Assembly (NCBI GenBank): GCA_964540825.1 | Contig: CAZINT010000003.1 | Span: 19,250 to 83,249 of the forward strand | Direction of reading: 5' to 3' | From: an uncultured Gammaproteobacteria bacterium | GTDB taxonomy: Bacteria; Patescibacteriota; Patescibacteriia; Magasanikbacterales; GWA2-37-8 | Length of the DNA stretch: 64,000 nt | Shown: piece by piece, positions 8,161 to 17,433 of the stretch | How the letters are laid out: each line of letters begins with the position of its first letter | Position numbering within the stretch: position 1 is the stretch's first letter | The notes under the pieces: generated by a model | What the model saw: the letters and a program-made list of their open reading frames with translations, nothing else | Told to the model about the DNA's origin: nothing | Database searches by the model: none | Position numbers and translations under genes: made by a program

Positions 8161-9910
8161 TAAAACCAAAGACCAGCTGAGTACAAAAACCAGCACACTC
8201 GCCCAGCTCAAAAACCTCTGGCCACTCCTCTCGCCTGAAAAAAAGAATCTGGCGTTGGCATCGGTAGCAATTCTGATTAATTCCGGCATGAACCTGGCCG
8301 CACCTATTTTGATCGGACAGGCGATTGATAGGTATATCGTTACCAAGCAATTCCACGGCGTTGTCGTCTACTCGGGTATTTTACTCGCCATGTACTTGGT
8401 AAGTTTGGTCACCAGTTATATCCAGACCATTACGATGGGCGGTGTTGGTCAGCGCACGCTATTCAATTTGCGCCGCAATATTTTTGACAAACTCCAAACA
8501 CTGCCGGTCGCTTTCTTTAACCAGAACAAAGCCGGTGACCTGATTTCACGCATCAATAACGACACGGATAAATTGAACCAATTCTTTTCCCAAGCCCTGG
8601 TACAGTTTGTTGCCAGTCTCTTCATGATTATCGGTGCCGGCGCCTTTATTATTATCCTGAGTCCGCACCTCGGCACTGCTTCCCTACTCCCGGCGGCTGT
8701 CTTACTTGTTTTTACTCAGGCAATTTCGCCCTGGATTAAAAAACAAAATGCCCTCAGTCTCAAAAGTATTGGCGGCCTGAGTGCCGAAATTCAAGAAAGC
8801 CTTAATAACTTCAAAGCCATCATCGCCTTTAATCGCCGTGATTATTTCCGTGAAAAATTTAACGAAGTTAACAACGATGCTTATACAACTTCGGTTAAAG
8901 CCGGCATCGTAAACACGGTGTTCCTGACTCCACTGTATGGTTTCGCCTCCAACTTAGCTCAGCTCATTGTTATTGCCTACGGTGTCTACTTGATTACGAT
9001 CGGCAACTTCACGCTGGGTCTCTTGATCAGCTTCCTCAGCTACCTGGTACGCTTCTATGACCCACTCCGCCAAATCGCGCAGCTCTGGAGCAGCTTCCAA
9101 GTGGCGCTCGCCAGCTGGGATCGTATTAGCGATATTTTATCGCTCGACTCTGACATGCAGGTTATCGCGAGCGAAAAAATTCCAGGCGCTCACGGACTTT
9201 TGGAATTTAAAAACGTTAAATTTGGCTACCCGGACGGCAAAGAAGTATTACATAATATCAACTTTATCCTTGAGCCCGGTAAAACCTACGCTTTGGTAGG
9301 GCCGACCGGTGGCGGCAAAACTACGACCGCGTCCCTCATGGCCCGCCTGTACGAGCCGACGGAAGGCACGGTGATCCTCAGCGGACAAGATATTCGGAGT
9401 TACACCGATGCTGAACGCGTTAAAAAAATCGGTTTTATTCTCCAGGAACCATTCTTATTTAGCGGTACGGTTGGTGAAAATATTGTGTATGGCACCGAAA
9501 GTGCCGAAGGATATTCGAGCGAAAAATTATTAGCAACACTTACCGAAGCTGGGCTCGATCACTTACTCGAACGCTTTGACGAAGGCCTGGCTACGAAAGT
9601 TAAGAGTAGCGGCGACTCCCTCAGTCTCGGTCAGCGCCAGATGGTCGCCTTTATTCGGGCGGTACTGCGCAAACCTGAACTCCTTATTCTCGACGAAGCT
9701 ACGGCCAATATCGACACGGTAACCGAACAGTTACTAGAAGAAGTGCTTAAAAAATTACCGACAACTACCACCCGAGTTATTATCGCGCACCGCCTGAATA
9801 CAATTGAAAATGCCGACGAAATTTTCTTTGTAAATGGCGGCCAAGTTACGCTCGCCGGCTCACTCGAGCATGCGGTTGAAATGCTACTCCACAATAAACG
9901 AAAAAGTTAA
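8144..9910 (+). CDS. ABC exporter permease/ATPase subunit with consensus NBD, partner of the previous gene. Start at MNYTLNK, overlapping the upstream stop by 17 nt.
   Basis: Walker A GPTGGGKTT. Walker B LILDEAT. H-loop IAHRL. Its signature is degenerate, LSLGQRQM, which pairs with the upstream subunit's degenerate Walker B and H-loop to form one non-canonical site. Confidence 0.85.
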   Translation: MNYTLNKTKDQLSTKTSTLAQLKNLWPLLSPEKKNLALASVAILINSGMNLAAPILIGQAIDRYIVTKQFHGVVVYSGILLAMYLVSLVTSYIQTITMGGVGQRTLFNLRRNIFDKLQTLPVAFFNQNKAGDLISRINNDTDKLNQFFSQALVQFVASLFMIIGAGAFIIILSPHLGTASLLPAAVLLVFTQAISPWIKKQNALSLKSIGGLSAEIQESLNNFKAIIAFNRRDYFREKFNEVNNDAYTTSVKAGIVNTVFLTPLYGFASNLAQLIVIAYGVYLITIGNFTLGLLISFLSYLVRFYDPLRQIAQLWSSFQVALASWDRISDILSLDSDMQVIASEKIPGAHGLLEFKNVKFGYPDGKEVLHNINFILEPGKTYALVGPTGGGKTTTASLMARLYEPTEGTVILSGQDIRSYTDAERVKKIGFILQEPFLFSGTVGENIVYGTESAEGYSSEKLLATLTEAGLDHLLERFDEGLATKVKSSGDSLSLGQRQMVAFIRAVLRKPELLILDEATANIDTVTEQLLEEVLKKLPTTTTRVIIAHRLNTIENADEIFFVNGGQVTLAGSLEHAVEMLLHNKRKS

Positions 9911-9917
9911 AAACAAT

Positions 9918-9951
9918 AAAAAAATACTCCGCAAAGGCGGAGTATTTTTTT
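9918..9951. terminator. Bidirectional intrinsic terminator.
   Basis: TACTCCGC-AAAG-GCGGAGTA hairpin (9925-9944) flanked by an A-run and a T-run, between convergent genes. Confidence 0.7.
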
Positions 9952-9958
9952 ATTGTTT

Positions 9959-10327
9959 TTATTCTGGTTTATGACAAACAACTTCAATATTATTACCATC
10001 AAAATCATACACAAAGGCACCATAGTAATTTGCATGGTATTCATTGCGAAGCCCTGGAGCGCCGTTATCCTTACCGCCCGCCTCAAGCGCCGCCTTGTAA
10101 AAGGCGTCGACAAGCGAACGTTTTTCAGCGGTTACAGCAACGTGAACTGTTCCACGGTGCTCTTTTTGGCTTATCCATAAATCTGGTTTGCCATTTGCCC
10201 CAAATCCAGCTGCTTGCATTTCGGGAATATCCATAAGCATACTATAATTCAGTGGGGCCAAGGCTTTACTGTAAAATTCTTTGGATTTTTCGTAATTACT
10301 CACGTTAAGCGATGTATGATCAATCAT
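9959..10327 (-). CDS. VOC / glyoxalase-bleomycin resistance family protein.
   Basis: 122 aa. VOC-like fold pattern. N-terminal MIDHTSLNVSNYEKSKEFY resembles the glyoxalase I beta-alpha-beta-beta-beta start. Confidence 0.65.
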   Translation of the reverse strand: MIDHTSLNVSNYEKSKEFYSKALAPLNYSMLMDIPEMQAAGFGANGKPDLWISQKEHRGTVHVAVTAEKRSLVDAFYKAALEAGGKDNGAPGLRNEYHANYYGAFVYDFDGNNIEVVCHKPE

Positions 10328-10436
10328 ACGTGTAGAACTTAAAAATAAACTGAATAACTATCTAATCATACTTGAAAAACACTGTAAAGATTACGGATTG
10401 AAAGAAATGTAAAAAATTGGTACACTGCCCTATACC

Positions 10437-11759
10437 ATGTTCAAAAAAATAGCTCTTATCTCCATAGTCAGTATTGGCGCGATCCTAGCGACGCCTTATT
10501 TTGCAGTCGCCGAAACAGATATTGCCGCCGAGCAGGCCCAGTTGGAACAAGATTTAGCCGCAGTACAAGCGCAAATTGACGCGCTCCAGAGTCAAATCGC
10601 CGTCACCAAAGGTGAAAAGAATACCTTAGCAAATAAATTAAAACAGCTTCAGCAAGAACAATCAGCACTTAAATTGCAAATTAAAGCGGCAGCGCTCGAA
10701 TTAACGCAGGTACAAAAACAATTAGCAGCCACTGAGAAAAAAATAAATTCTAATATCGCCCAGCAAGAGCGGCTCAAGGTTCAGATTGGCGAGCTGCTGC
10801 GCCTCGTTAACAAACAAGACCGCGAATTACCCATTTTTAAATTAGCTCGAGCCGGCGGGTGGAGCGACGCTTTTATTGAAGCTACGAATTATCAAACACT
10901 GCTCAAAAACGTAGCCATCGTGACTAATGAGACCAAAAAATTAGCCGGCGAACTTTCAGAACAAAAAAACGCCTATAGCGAGCAAGAAGACGACGCTGCG
11001 CACATCTTGAGCGTTACCAAAATGCAGCAAAGCGCCCTAACCGACAAAGTATCCGAACAAAACAGCCTCTTAAAAGAAACCCAAGGGAAAGAAGCTGACT
11101 ATCAAAAATTACTGGCCGATAATCAAAAACAGGCGGCAGCAATTAAAAGCCGCATGTACGAGCTTCTCGGCGGCGGCAAACAAATTGATTTTGGCGAGGC
11201 AGTCACTATCGCCAAATGGGTCAGCAGTCAGATTAGCGGCGTTGAGCCCGCCTTTCTCCTAGCGATTTTGACGCAAGAGTCATCGCTCGGTAAAAATGTG
11301 GGCACGTGCAATCGCCTGAATGATCCGCCTGAAAAAAGCTGGAAAGTAATTATGAAACCCGACCGTGATCAAGAGCCGTTTAAAACAATTACCGCCGAGC
11401 TTGGCCGCAACATCGACATCACACCCGTTTCCTGCCCGATGAAAAATAAAGATGGCAGTCAGCTGGGCTGGGGCGGCGCTATGGGGCCGGCACAGTTTAT
11501 TCCCTCAACCTGGATGGGGTACAAAGACAAGGTAACCAAACTTACCGGCAAACCGGCCGACCCCTGGGACATTCGCGACGCGTTCGTCGCAGCGGGAATA
11601 CTCCTCAAGGCTAATGGCGCTAATGGCACGGACGATGGCTATTGGAAGGCAGCCATGCGCTACTTCTCGGGCGGAACCAATACCAAATACCGATTCTACG
11701 GCGACAATGTTCTTAAAACTACGGAAAAATATCGGGCTGATATTAAAGAGCTTGAATAA
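10437..11759 (+). CDS. Secreted coiled-coil protein with a C-terminal lytic-transglycosylase (SLT)-like domain.
   Basis: Signal peptide. About 230 aa of Q/L/A-rich heptads. C-terminal motifs LTQESS (Glu-Ser), GPAQFIPSTW (GLMQ-like) and RYFSGG (AYNAG-like). Confidence 0.5.
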   Translation: MFKKIALISIVSIGAILATPYFAVAETDIAAEQAQLEQDLAAVQAQIDALQSQIAVTKGEKNTLANKLKQLQQEQSALKLQIKAAALELTQVQKQLAATEKKINSNIAQQERLKVQIGELLRLVNKQDRELPIFKLARAGGWSDAFIEATNYQTLLKNVAIVTNETKKLAGELSEQKNAYSEQEDDAAHILSVTKMQQSALTDKVSEQNSLLKETQGKEADYQKLLADNQKQAAAIKSRMYELLGGGKQIDFGEAVTIAKWVSSQISGVEPAFLLAILTQESSLGKNVGTCNRLNDPPEKSWKVIMKPDRDQEPFKTITAELGRNIDITPVSCPMKNKDGSQLGWGGAMGPAQFIPSTWMGYKDKVTKLTGKPADPWDIRDAFVAAGILLKANGANGTDDGYWKAAMRYFSGGTNTKYRFYGDNVLKTTEKYRADIKELE

Positions 11760-11760
11760 T

Positions 11761-11797
11761 AAAAAAAGTCCCTGAGAAATACACAGGGACTTTTTTA
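11761..11797. terminator. Bidirectional intrinsic terminator.
   Basis: GTCCCTG-agaaataca-CAGGGAC followed by TTTTTT. An A-run lies upstream. Confidence 0.7.
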
Positions 11798-11806
11798 TTT
11801 TGGTTG

Positions 11807-12196
11807 CTATTTAAACCATGCCTTTTTCCACGCATTCATCTGTTCGATCTCGGTCGTTTGTGCAGCAATAATATCGTTGGCGAGATTTCGTAATTCTTCT
11901 CGTTTAGATTTTTCGAGCACTGTGTTGGCCATATCCACCGCTCCTTCGTGGTGCACAATCATTTCATCAAGAAAGGCCTTGTCAAAATCATCTCCGGTTT
12001 TGTCTTTCAGCCCGGCAGCCATATCATCCATCATTTTGCTCATCGATCCATGCCCCATATCATCCATGCGCGCAGGATACTCTTGAGTCGGGGCTTTCAC
12101 TTCTGCTTTAGGCATTACCCGCACACTGTAGCCAAGTACAGCGCCGAGGACAAGCATCACCAGACCCGCAATAACCGTTTGATTTTTATTTTCCAT
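11807..12196 (-). CDS. DUF305-family (ferritin-like) protein. Start moved to MENKNQ.
   Basis: DFDKAFLDEMIVHHEGAVDMA is the characteristic DUF305 motif. N-terminal TM or signal anchor. Confidence 0.6.
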   Translation of the reverse strand: MENKNQTVIAGLVMLVLGAVLGYSVRVMPKAEVKAPTQEYPARMDDMGHGSMSKMMDDMAAGLKDKTGDDFDKAFLDEMIVHHEGAVDMANTVLEKSKREELRNLANDIIAAQTTEIEQMNAWKKAWFK

Positions 12197-12206
12197 AGCT
12201 GCGTAT

Positions 12207-12638
12207 TTATATAACAAATAAAATTGCCCCCGCAGCAATGAGCAGGCCGCCTACTACACTTTTAAGTGTGAGCGCTTCACCCAAAAATAACGCTGCAAGA
12301 ACGATAATAAAAGCAACACTTAAGCGATCAAGCGCCGCAACACCTCCAGCCGGCCCCATCTTGAGTGCTGCAAAATAGCATAACCACGAAAGCGCCCCGG
12401 CGATACCAGAGAGCGCGATAAATCCGAGCGCCTTATTATCAACAGCGCTGAGCAATTTATATTTATGGAGAACAGCACTTACGATAACAAAAAAGATAGT
12501 CATGATGATAACGCGGAGCGTTGTAGCAAGTGTGGCGTCCACATTTTTGAGTCCAAGCTTGCCAAACACAGCCACCAGGGCCGCAAAACCAGCCGATAAA
12601 AGCCCGAGTACAATCCATGACATATACTTTATTTCCAA
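12207..12638 (-). CDS. EamA-like small DMT-superfamily transporter (4-TM half-size).
   Basis: 143 aa with four hydrophobic helices. Gly/Ala-rich pattern typical of EamA domains. Confidence 0.5.
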   Translation of the reverse strand: MEIKYMSWIVLGLLSAGFAALVAVFGKLGLKNVDATLATTLRVIIMTIFFVIVSAVLHKYKLLSAVDNKALGFIALSGIAGALSWLCYFAALKMGPAGGVAALDRLSVAFIIVLAALFLGEALTLKSVVGGLLIAAGAILFVI

Positions 12639-13045
12639 TAACTGAGAATAAGCCCAAAAACCACAAACAGCAGCAATTGGTACCCAGCTTGAATAAGAAA
12701 TCTCATCCAGGCGATTTTTCTTGAATCATTGTTCCACATGCTTGCTCCGGCAACAACCGGCATAATAAATGCCGCCCAAATAAGGAGCGATTGATGGAGT
12801 CCTGAAACTTCTTTCCAGCCGATCAAATAGCCGGCCAAGATATAAGCTTGAAAAAGTGTTAACAAAAACTGAATGCCGTATAAGGGTCCGGCAGCCTTTT
12901 GCATTTTTTTACACTCTTCAGGGCTCATTTTGTCAGCCCCGGTCACTTCCATCCATTTTTTACCAAAAAGCGGTCCATACCAAACGTAACCGATTACCAT
13001 CGAAACAATACCACATGCGAGCACTGCCAAAAGATTTATTTCCAT
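12629..13045 (-). CDS. Small integral membrane protein, DUF1761-like.
   Basis: 138 aa, 3-4 TM. YGPLFGKKWM motif. Preceded by a CGCTATACT extended -10-like motif at 13085-13093. Confidence 0.4.
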   Translation of the reverse strand: MEINLLAVLACGIVSMVIGYVWYGPLFGKKWMEVTGADKMSPEECKKMQKAAGPLYGIQFLLTLFQAYILAGYLIGWKEVSGLHQSLLIWAAFIMPVVAGASMWNNDSRKIAWMRFLIQAGYQLLLFVVFGLILSYWK

Positions 13046-13120
13046 AGAAATAGTTTTAATAATTAAGACACTTCTTTCCGCTCTAGTATAGCGTTTTTCT
13101 CGTTAAAAAACAACTGTCAC

Positions 13121-13525
13121 CTACTTAAGCGCCCGAGTAATAAGCGCCGCCACACAGCTCACCACCCCGGTAAGAACGGCACCCCACACGAGATCAACCG
13201 CTGTTACTGCCAGCGGCCAATTGCGGAGTGTGGCTTGGTTGGTTAAATCATAGGTTGCATAGGCAATACCGCCAAAAAACGCTCCTAACAGAAAAAATTT
13301 AGCCAACCCCCACTCGCCTTTTAACCCGGGCAAAACAACAAAACAAACGATTCCGGCGGCGTACGCCACATAAAAAATTCCGGCCGGCAAGAAGTTTGGG
13401 GAGGCTGCCATCAAACTACCTAAACGCGGTGCATAAAAACGTTTAGCCATCATGGTGAGCCATAGCGCATCAAGCGCTAGAAGGGGTACAAGCGTTGCAA
13501 AATACGCGACAAAATTTGTTTTCAT
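13121..13525 (-). CDS. Small integral membrane protein, DUF2177-like. Start moved to MKTNFVAY.
   Basis: Four predicted TM helices. The upstream 57 nt of the track ORF is an AT-rich repeat region and unlikely to be coding. Confidence 0.4.
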   Translation of the reverse strand: MKTNFVAYFATLVPLLALDALWLTMMAKRFYAPRLGSLMAASPNFLPAGIFYVAYAAGIVCFVVLPGLKGEWGLAKFFLLGAFFGGIAYATYDLTNQATLRNWPLAVTAVDLVWGAVLTGVVSCVAALITRALK

Positions 13526-13643
13526 ATAGTGTATATAGAGTGTATAAAAATGTAACGATAGTATATACCAGCGCAGCGCCAAAGGAAAGAAATACTTTAT
13601 TTTGATATATTACAGAAAAATGATACACTAGCATTAATTCTCT

Positions 13644-15026
13644 ATGCTTCAACGTGAACACAAAACACTACCCCCTCCGCCTCATTTTAAAAAATTATTA
13701 GGCCCGAGTTTTATTTTGCTCGGCCTGGGTCTTGGTTCGGGCGAAATTATTCTCTGGCCCTATCTCGCTTCTAACTGGGGACTCGGGATCGTATGGGGCG
13801 CACTGCTTGGCATCACTTTCCAATATTTTATTAACATGGAAATTGAACGGTACAGTTTAGCCCGAGGCGAAAGTGTTTTTATCGGGCTCGCGCGACGATG
13901 GAACTATGTCCCTTATTGGCTTATTTTTTCAACCTTACTGGGCTTTGGCTGGCCTGGAATTATCGCTTCATCCGCCTTTTTACTTGCCTCAATTTTTGGC
14001 GGTAACAGCACCATTATCGCGATCGTACTCCTACTCCTTATCGGCCTCATACTTAGTTTTGGCAAATACATTTATTCGACCGTCGAAAAATTTTCTCAAA
14101 TAATCATAGGCATCGGCGTACCATCAATACTTATTCTGACCCTCTATTTAGCCAAAGCCACAGATTGGTCCGACCTTGCTCGCGGCCTTATTGGTTCCGG
14201 GAACGGCTATTGGTTCTTACCGACTGGAATTCCGCTGGCTTCATTCCTCGCCGCCTTCGCCTTTAGCGGCGCTGCCGGCAACCTCAACCTTACTCAATCC
14301 AGCTACATTCGCGAAAAAGGGTATGGCATGGGCTACTACACTGAAAAAATTAAAGGGCTTTTTGCGGGCAGTACGCAAAAAGTAAACTTAAATGGTTTTG
14401 AGTTTTATCCTACTGCGGAAAACATATCTCTCTTTAAAGGCTGGTGGAAAGCAGTCAATCGCGAACACGCCCTGGTTTTTTACGCGACCGGAGCCTTAAC
14501 CATGCTGCTGCTCCTGCTATTAGCTTATACTACCACCTTTGGCCTGGCAGGCAACGCGGAAGGAATACGGTTTGTAATAAACGAAGCACGCGTTATTGGC
14601 GAGCGAACTGCACCCGCTATCGGAACGCTCTTTGCGCTTGTGACTGCGATCATGCTTTTTTCGACACAATTTACCGTATTCGATTCTACCAGTAGAATTT
14701 GTTCAGAAAATTACGCAGCCCGGGTCATGGCAAAAAATAAACTTTTTTCAATCTCCAAACTCTATTATATTTTTCTCTGGATTCAAATTTTATTTGGTAT
14801 TGCCGTCTTTTCCTTCGGAATAAAAGAACCTCTCACCCTTTTGACGCTGAGCGCCGTCATTAATGCGGTCTGCATGTTTGTGCATATCGGGCTAGTTAAC
14901 ATACTCAACTACCGAGAACTTCCCGACGAAATTCAGCCTCACATTGCGCGTCGCTTGGCTATAATCGTTGCCTTTATCTTTTTCGGTGTCTTTTCGGGAA
15001 TTACTATTTGGACCAAAATCTTCTAA
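13644..15026 (+). CDS. Nramp-family (MntH-like) divalent metal transporter, diverged.
   Basis: 460 aa, about 11 TM. N-terminal LGPSFILLGLGLGSGEI...GLGIVW...QYFINMEIERYSLARGES parallels the Nramp LGPGFL...DPGN...LLW...Q.L.ARLG layout. The DPGN motif is replaced by GSGE. Confidence 0.5.
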   Translation: MLQREHKTLPPPPHFKKLLGPSFILLGLGLGSGEIILWPYLASNWGLGIVWGALLGITFQYFINMEIERYSLARGESVFIGLARRWNYVPYWLIFSTLLGFGWPGIIASSAFLLASIFGGNSTIIAIVLLLLIGLILSFGKYIYSTVEKFSQIIIGIGVPSILILTLYLAKATDWSDLARGLIGSGNGYWFLPTGIPLASFLAAFAFSGAAGNLNLTQSSYIREKGYGMGYYTEKIKGLFAGSTQKVNLNGFEFYPTAENISLFKGWWKAVNREHALVFYATGALTMLLLLLLAYTTTFGLAGNAEGIRFVINEARVIGERTAPAIGTLFALVTAIMLFSTQFTVFDSTSRICSENYAARVMAKNKLFSISKLYYIFLWIQILFGIAVFSFGIKEPLTLLTLSAVINAVCMFVHIGLVNILNYRELPDEIQPHIARRLAIIVAFIFFGVFSGITIWTKIF

Positions 15027-15037
15027 ATAGTAGTATT

Positions 15038-15068
15038 AAAAAATCATCCTTGCAGGATGATTTTTTAA
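15038..15068. terminator. Bidirectional intrinsic terminator.
   Basis: ATCATCCT-tgc-AGGATGAT hairpin (15044-15060) followed by TTTTTT, with an A-run upstream. Confidence 0.65.
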
Positions 15069-15078
15069 TATTCTTTTT

Positions 15079-15324
15079 TTATCGAATTGCTTTAACAATT
15101 GCAATAAGCACCACTGCACCGAGAAGCGCCACCAAAAAACTATACAAGTTAAATCCGGTCACACCATACTTGCCGATAAAGCTCATGATCCAGCCCCCCA
15201 GTACCGCACCGATGATACCGACGATGATGTTCAGAAGCGGTCCTTGCGAGCCATCGGTTTTCATAATGAGTGATGCAACCCAGCCTACGATACCTCCAAA
15301 GATAATCCAAAGTATGATACCCAT
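15079..15324 (-). CDS. GlsB/YeaQ/YmgE-family (transglycosylase-associated) small membrane protein.
   Basis: 81 aa. MGIILWIIFGGIVGWVASLIM is the family hallmark. Confidence 0.8.
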   Translation of the reverse strand: MGIILWIIFGGIVGWVASLIMKTDGSQGPLLNIIVGIIGAVLGGWIMSFIGKYGVTGFNLYSFLVALLGAVVLIAIVKAIR

Positions 15325-15344
15325 ACAATAAAGATTAAGAATAA

Positions 15345-15375
15345 AAAATACCGTGCGTACGGTACATTTTTTACT
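15345..15375. terminator. Intrinsic terminator downstream of the TPM-domain gene.
   Basis: TACCGT-gcgt-ACGGTA hairpin (15352-15367), A-run before and T-run after. Confidence 0.55.
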
Positions 15376-15416
15376 GTACTCTGATCACGAGAAATGTACA
15401 GAAAGTTATCCACTGA

Positions 15417-16241
15417 TTACCACCTGCCGCTTGCCCCGCCCCCGCCCGATGCTCCGCCGCCAAAGCCTCCAAAACTACTTCCACTTGTAGTACCTGAATG
15501 TGCTGATGTACTGCCCGGTCCTCGAGACGAAGGCGTGTCGTCATCGTCGTCATTTTTAGTAGGTGAAGCCGCGCTCTTCGCGGCTGCATTGCGTATTTTT
15601 TTTATAAGCCTTTTACCTGGGCCAATTAATTTGTAAACAATAAAAAAGAAAAATGCTATAACAGCGCCAAAAAGTATAAGACCATACACAAAGTCATATG
15701 GGCCAGGTTGCCGCTTAGGAAACGAGGGACCAGCTTCAGTTATTCGCTGAATTATGAGTGAAACGGCGTCATTAAGGCCGCCGTAATAGTTATTTTTTTG
15801 AAAGGCGGGCCTTAAAGTTCCTTGTATAATTTTGGCAGCAAACGCATCGGTAATGGTACTTTCAAGCCCATACCCTACCTCGATACGCATTGCCCGATCT
15901 TGCACCGCAACAAGAACTAAGATGCCGTTATTAGCATCTTTGGTTCCAATCCCCCATTCCTTGAACAGAGCTGCAGCATAGTCTTCAATAGGATCTTCCC
16001 CGGTAGTTTGCACCGTCACTACAGAAATTTCATTTGTCGTGCTGGCATTAAACTGGTGTAATTTTTCTTCGAGAATTATCCGATCCGTTGGCGCTAGAAC
16101 CCCGGCGTAGTCATTTACATACCCGGTTGGCTGTCCGGGCGAGGTATATGCCAGTGCAGCCCAAGGAAAAAGACAGGCGCTAAAAATAATCAGTAAAGAA
16201 TATTTTAGATGTGCACACTTTTTTTCTTTTTGAGAGAACAT
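15417..16241 (-). CDS. TPM-domain (YgcG-like) membrane protein with Gly-rich C-terminal tail. Start moved to MFSQKEKK.
   Basis: Signal peptide. YVNDYAGVL...LHQFNASTTNEISVVTVQTTGEDPIEDYAAALFKEWGIG...NGILVLVAVQDRAMRIEVGYGLE is the TPM signature. Followed by a TM helix and a GGFGGGASGGGG tail. Confidence 0.7.
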   Translation of the reverse strand: MFSQKEKKCAHLKYSLLIIFSACLFPWAALAYTSPGQPTGYVNDYAGVLAPTDRIILEEKLHQFNASTTNEISVVTVQTTGEDPIEDYAAALFKEWGIGTKDANNGILVLVAVQDRAMRIEVGYGLESTITDAFAAKIIQGTLRPAFQKNNYYGGLNDAVSLIIQRITEAGPSFPKRQPGPYDFVYGLILFGAVIAFFFFIVYKLIGPGKRLIKKIRNAAAKSAASPTKNDDDDDTPSSRGPGSTSAHSGTTSGSSFGGFGGGASGGGGASGRW

Positions 16242-16248
16242 ACCACAA

Positions 16249-17433
16249 TTAAAATTGATCAATATTTTTTTCAACAAAATCCCATACATGCCGGGCAACA
16301 TTATTTGACGCGCCTTCAATAGGAAAATGATGCAGATTGATAAAAGGCACGCCATTGCATTCAATAATCCCCCATTTCTGACGGGTTGGATCATCGGCAA
16401 TATGTTCAATGATAAAATCAAAACCTAAAATTGGATCGCCAACGATGCGGGCAGCCGCCTCGAGGCTACGTTTAATTTCTGGGTGCACCACAGCGGTAAC
16501 TTCGGCACTATACCCGCCATAGGAGATGCCGATTTTTTCAATCAGATCAATCGTTTTTCCTGCCGGAAGTACGGTGTCGAATGTATGCCCTTGCCGAGCC
16601 AAAAATTCAGCATGCTCGCTGCCAAGCACGACATCATGTACTTGCTGATGTTTATGATTATTTTTTTCAACCACCAGTTCGTTAATAGTATGGATGCCGT
16701 CGCCCGTAATTCGAGGCGGGTCGCCGCGCAAAACCCCCACCAGCACTCCATCAATGCACGTACCGCGATAAACGCTCCCAACGAGATGCTCTTCCATAAT
16801 AACCCAATAGCACAACTGCTTCGCACTTTTAAATGCCTTGTACAAATCTTTTTCCTCAAAAATATTTGTTGTGGTGTGCCGACCTCGTGAACCAAGCCGC
16901 GGCTTTATAATCACAGGCTTTTCAAGGGCAGCGAACATTTTTACGAGCGGTGAATATCGTGAAAAAACTCCGCCGCGCGCTACCGGAAGACCCGCCGCTT
17001 GTAATTTCTTTTTTAAAATCGCTTTATCATCCATCCACCATTCAGAACCGCTTGGTGTATGAGGTAGCCGCGGAATACCTGAAAAATAAAGCTGTTTTTT
17101 GCCAATAGTCACGCCGTAAGTGTCAGTGCCTTTCCCGGCAAATAGTATGGTGTGAATGGGTATTCCTCTTTTTACCGCTTCATCCCAAAGCACTTTTCCG
17201 CGTAAGCCAGGAATTTGTGCTGGATCAGTATTAATTTTGACGACACCTATTTTTCGAAAAAAAAGCAGTGCTCCCGTTGTGAACCACTCAAAACCCCGGC
17301 TAAATCCCCGATTGATAAAACTATTACCAACCAGTTGATTGAGGGAATTAAGCATAAGCGTGAGCGACTCGCTAAACCAGGCAAGCGCATGAGGTGTCGG
17401 GTTGTTGCCGCAAGCGCGGCATTTATTTGGCAT
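16249..17433 (-). CDS. ATP-grasp family ligase.
   Basis: 394 aa. VIIKPRLGSRGRHTTTNI nucleotide-binding loop and Mg-binding C-terminal region typical of the RimK / Ddl / CphA-type ATP-grasp fold. Overlaps the upstream gene by 11 nt. Confidence 0.6.
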   Translation of the reverse strand: MPNKCRACGNNPTPHALAWFSESLTLMLNSLNQLVGNSFINRGFSRGFEWFTTGALLFFRKIGVVKINTDPAQIPGLRGKVLWDEAVKRGIPIHTILFAGKGTDTYGVTIGKKQLYFSGIPRLPHTPSGSEWWMDDKAILKKKLQAAGLPVARGGVFSRYSPLVKMFAALEKPVIIKPRLGSRGRHTTTNIFEEKDLYKAFKSAKQLCYWVIMEEHLVGSVYRGTCIDGVLVGVLRGDPPRITGDGIHTINELVVEKNNHKHQQVHDVVLGSEHAEFLARQGHTFDTVLPAGKTIDLIEKIGISYGGYSAEVTAVVHPEIKRSLEAAARIVGDPILGFDFIIEHIADDPTRQKWGIIECNGVPFINLHHFPIEGASNNVARHVWDFVEKNIDQF

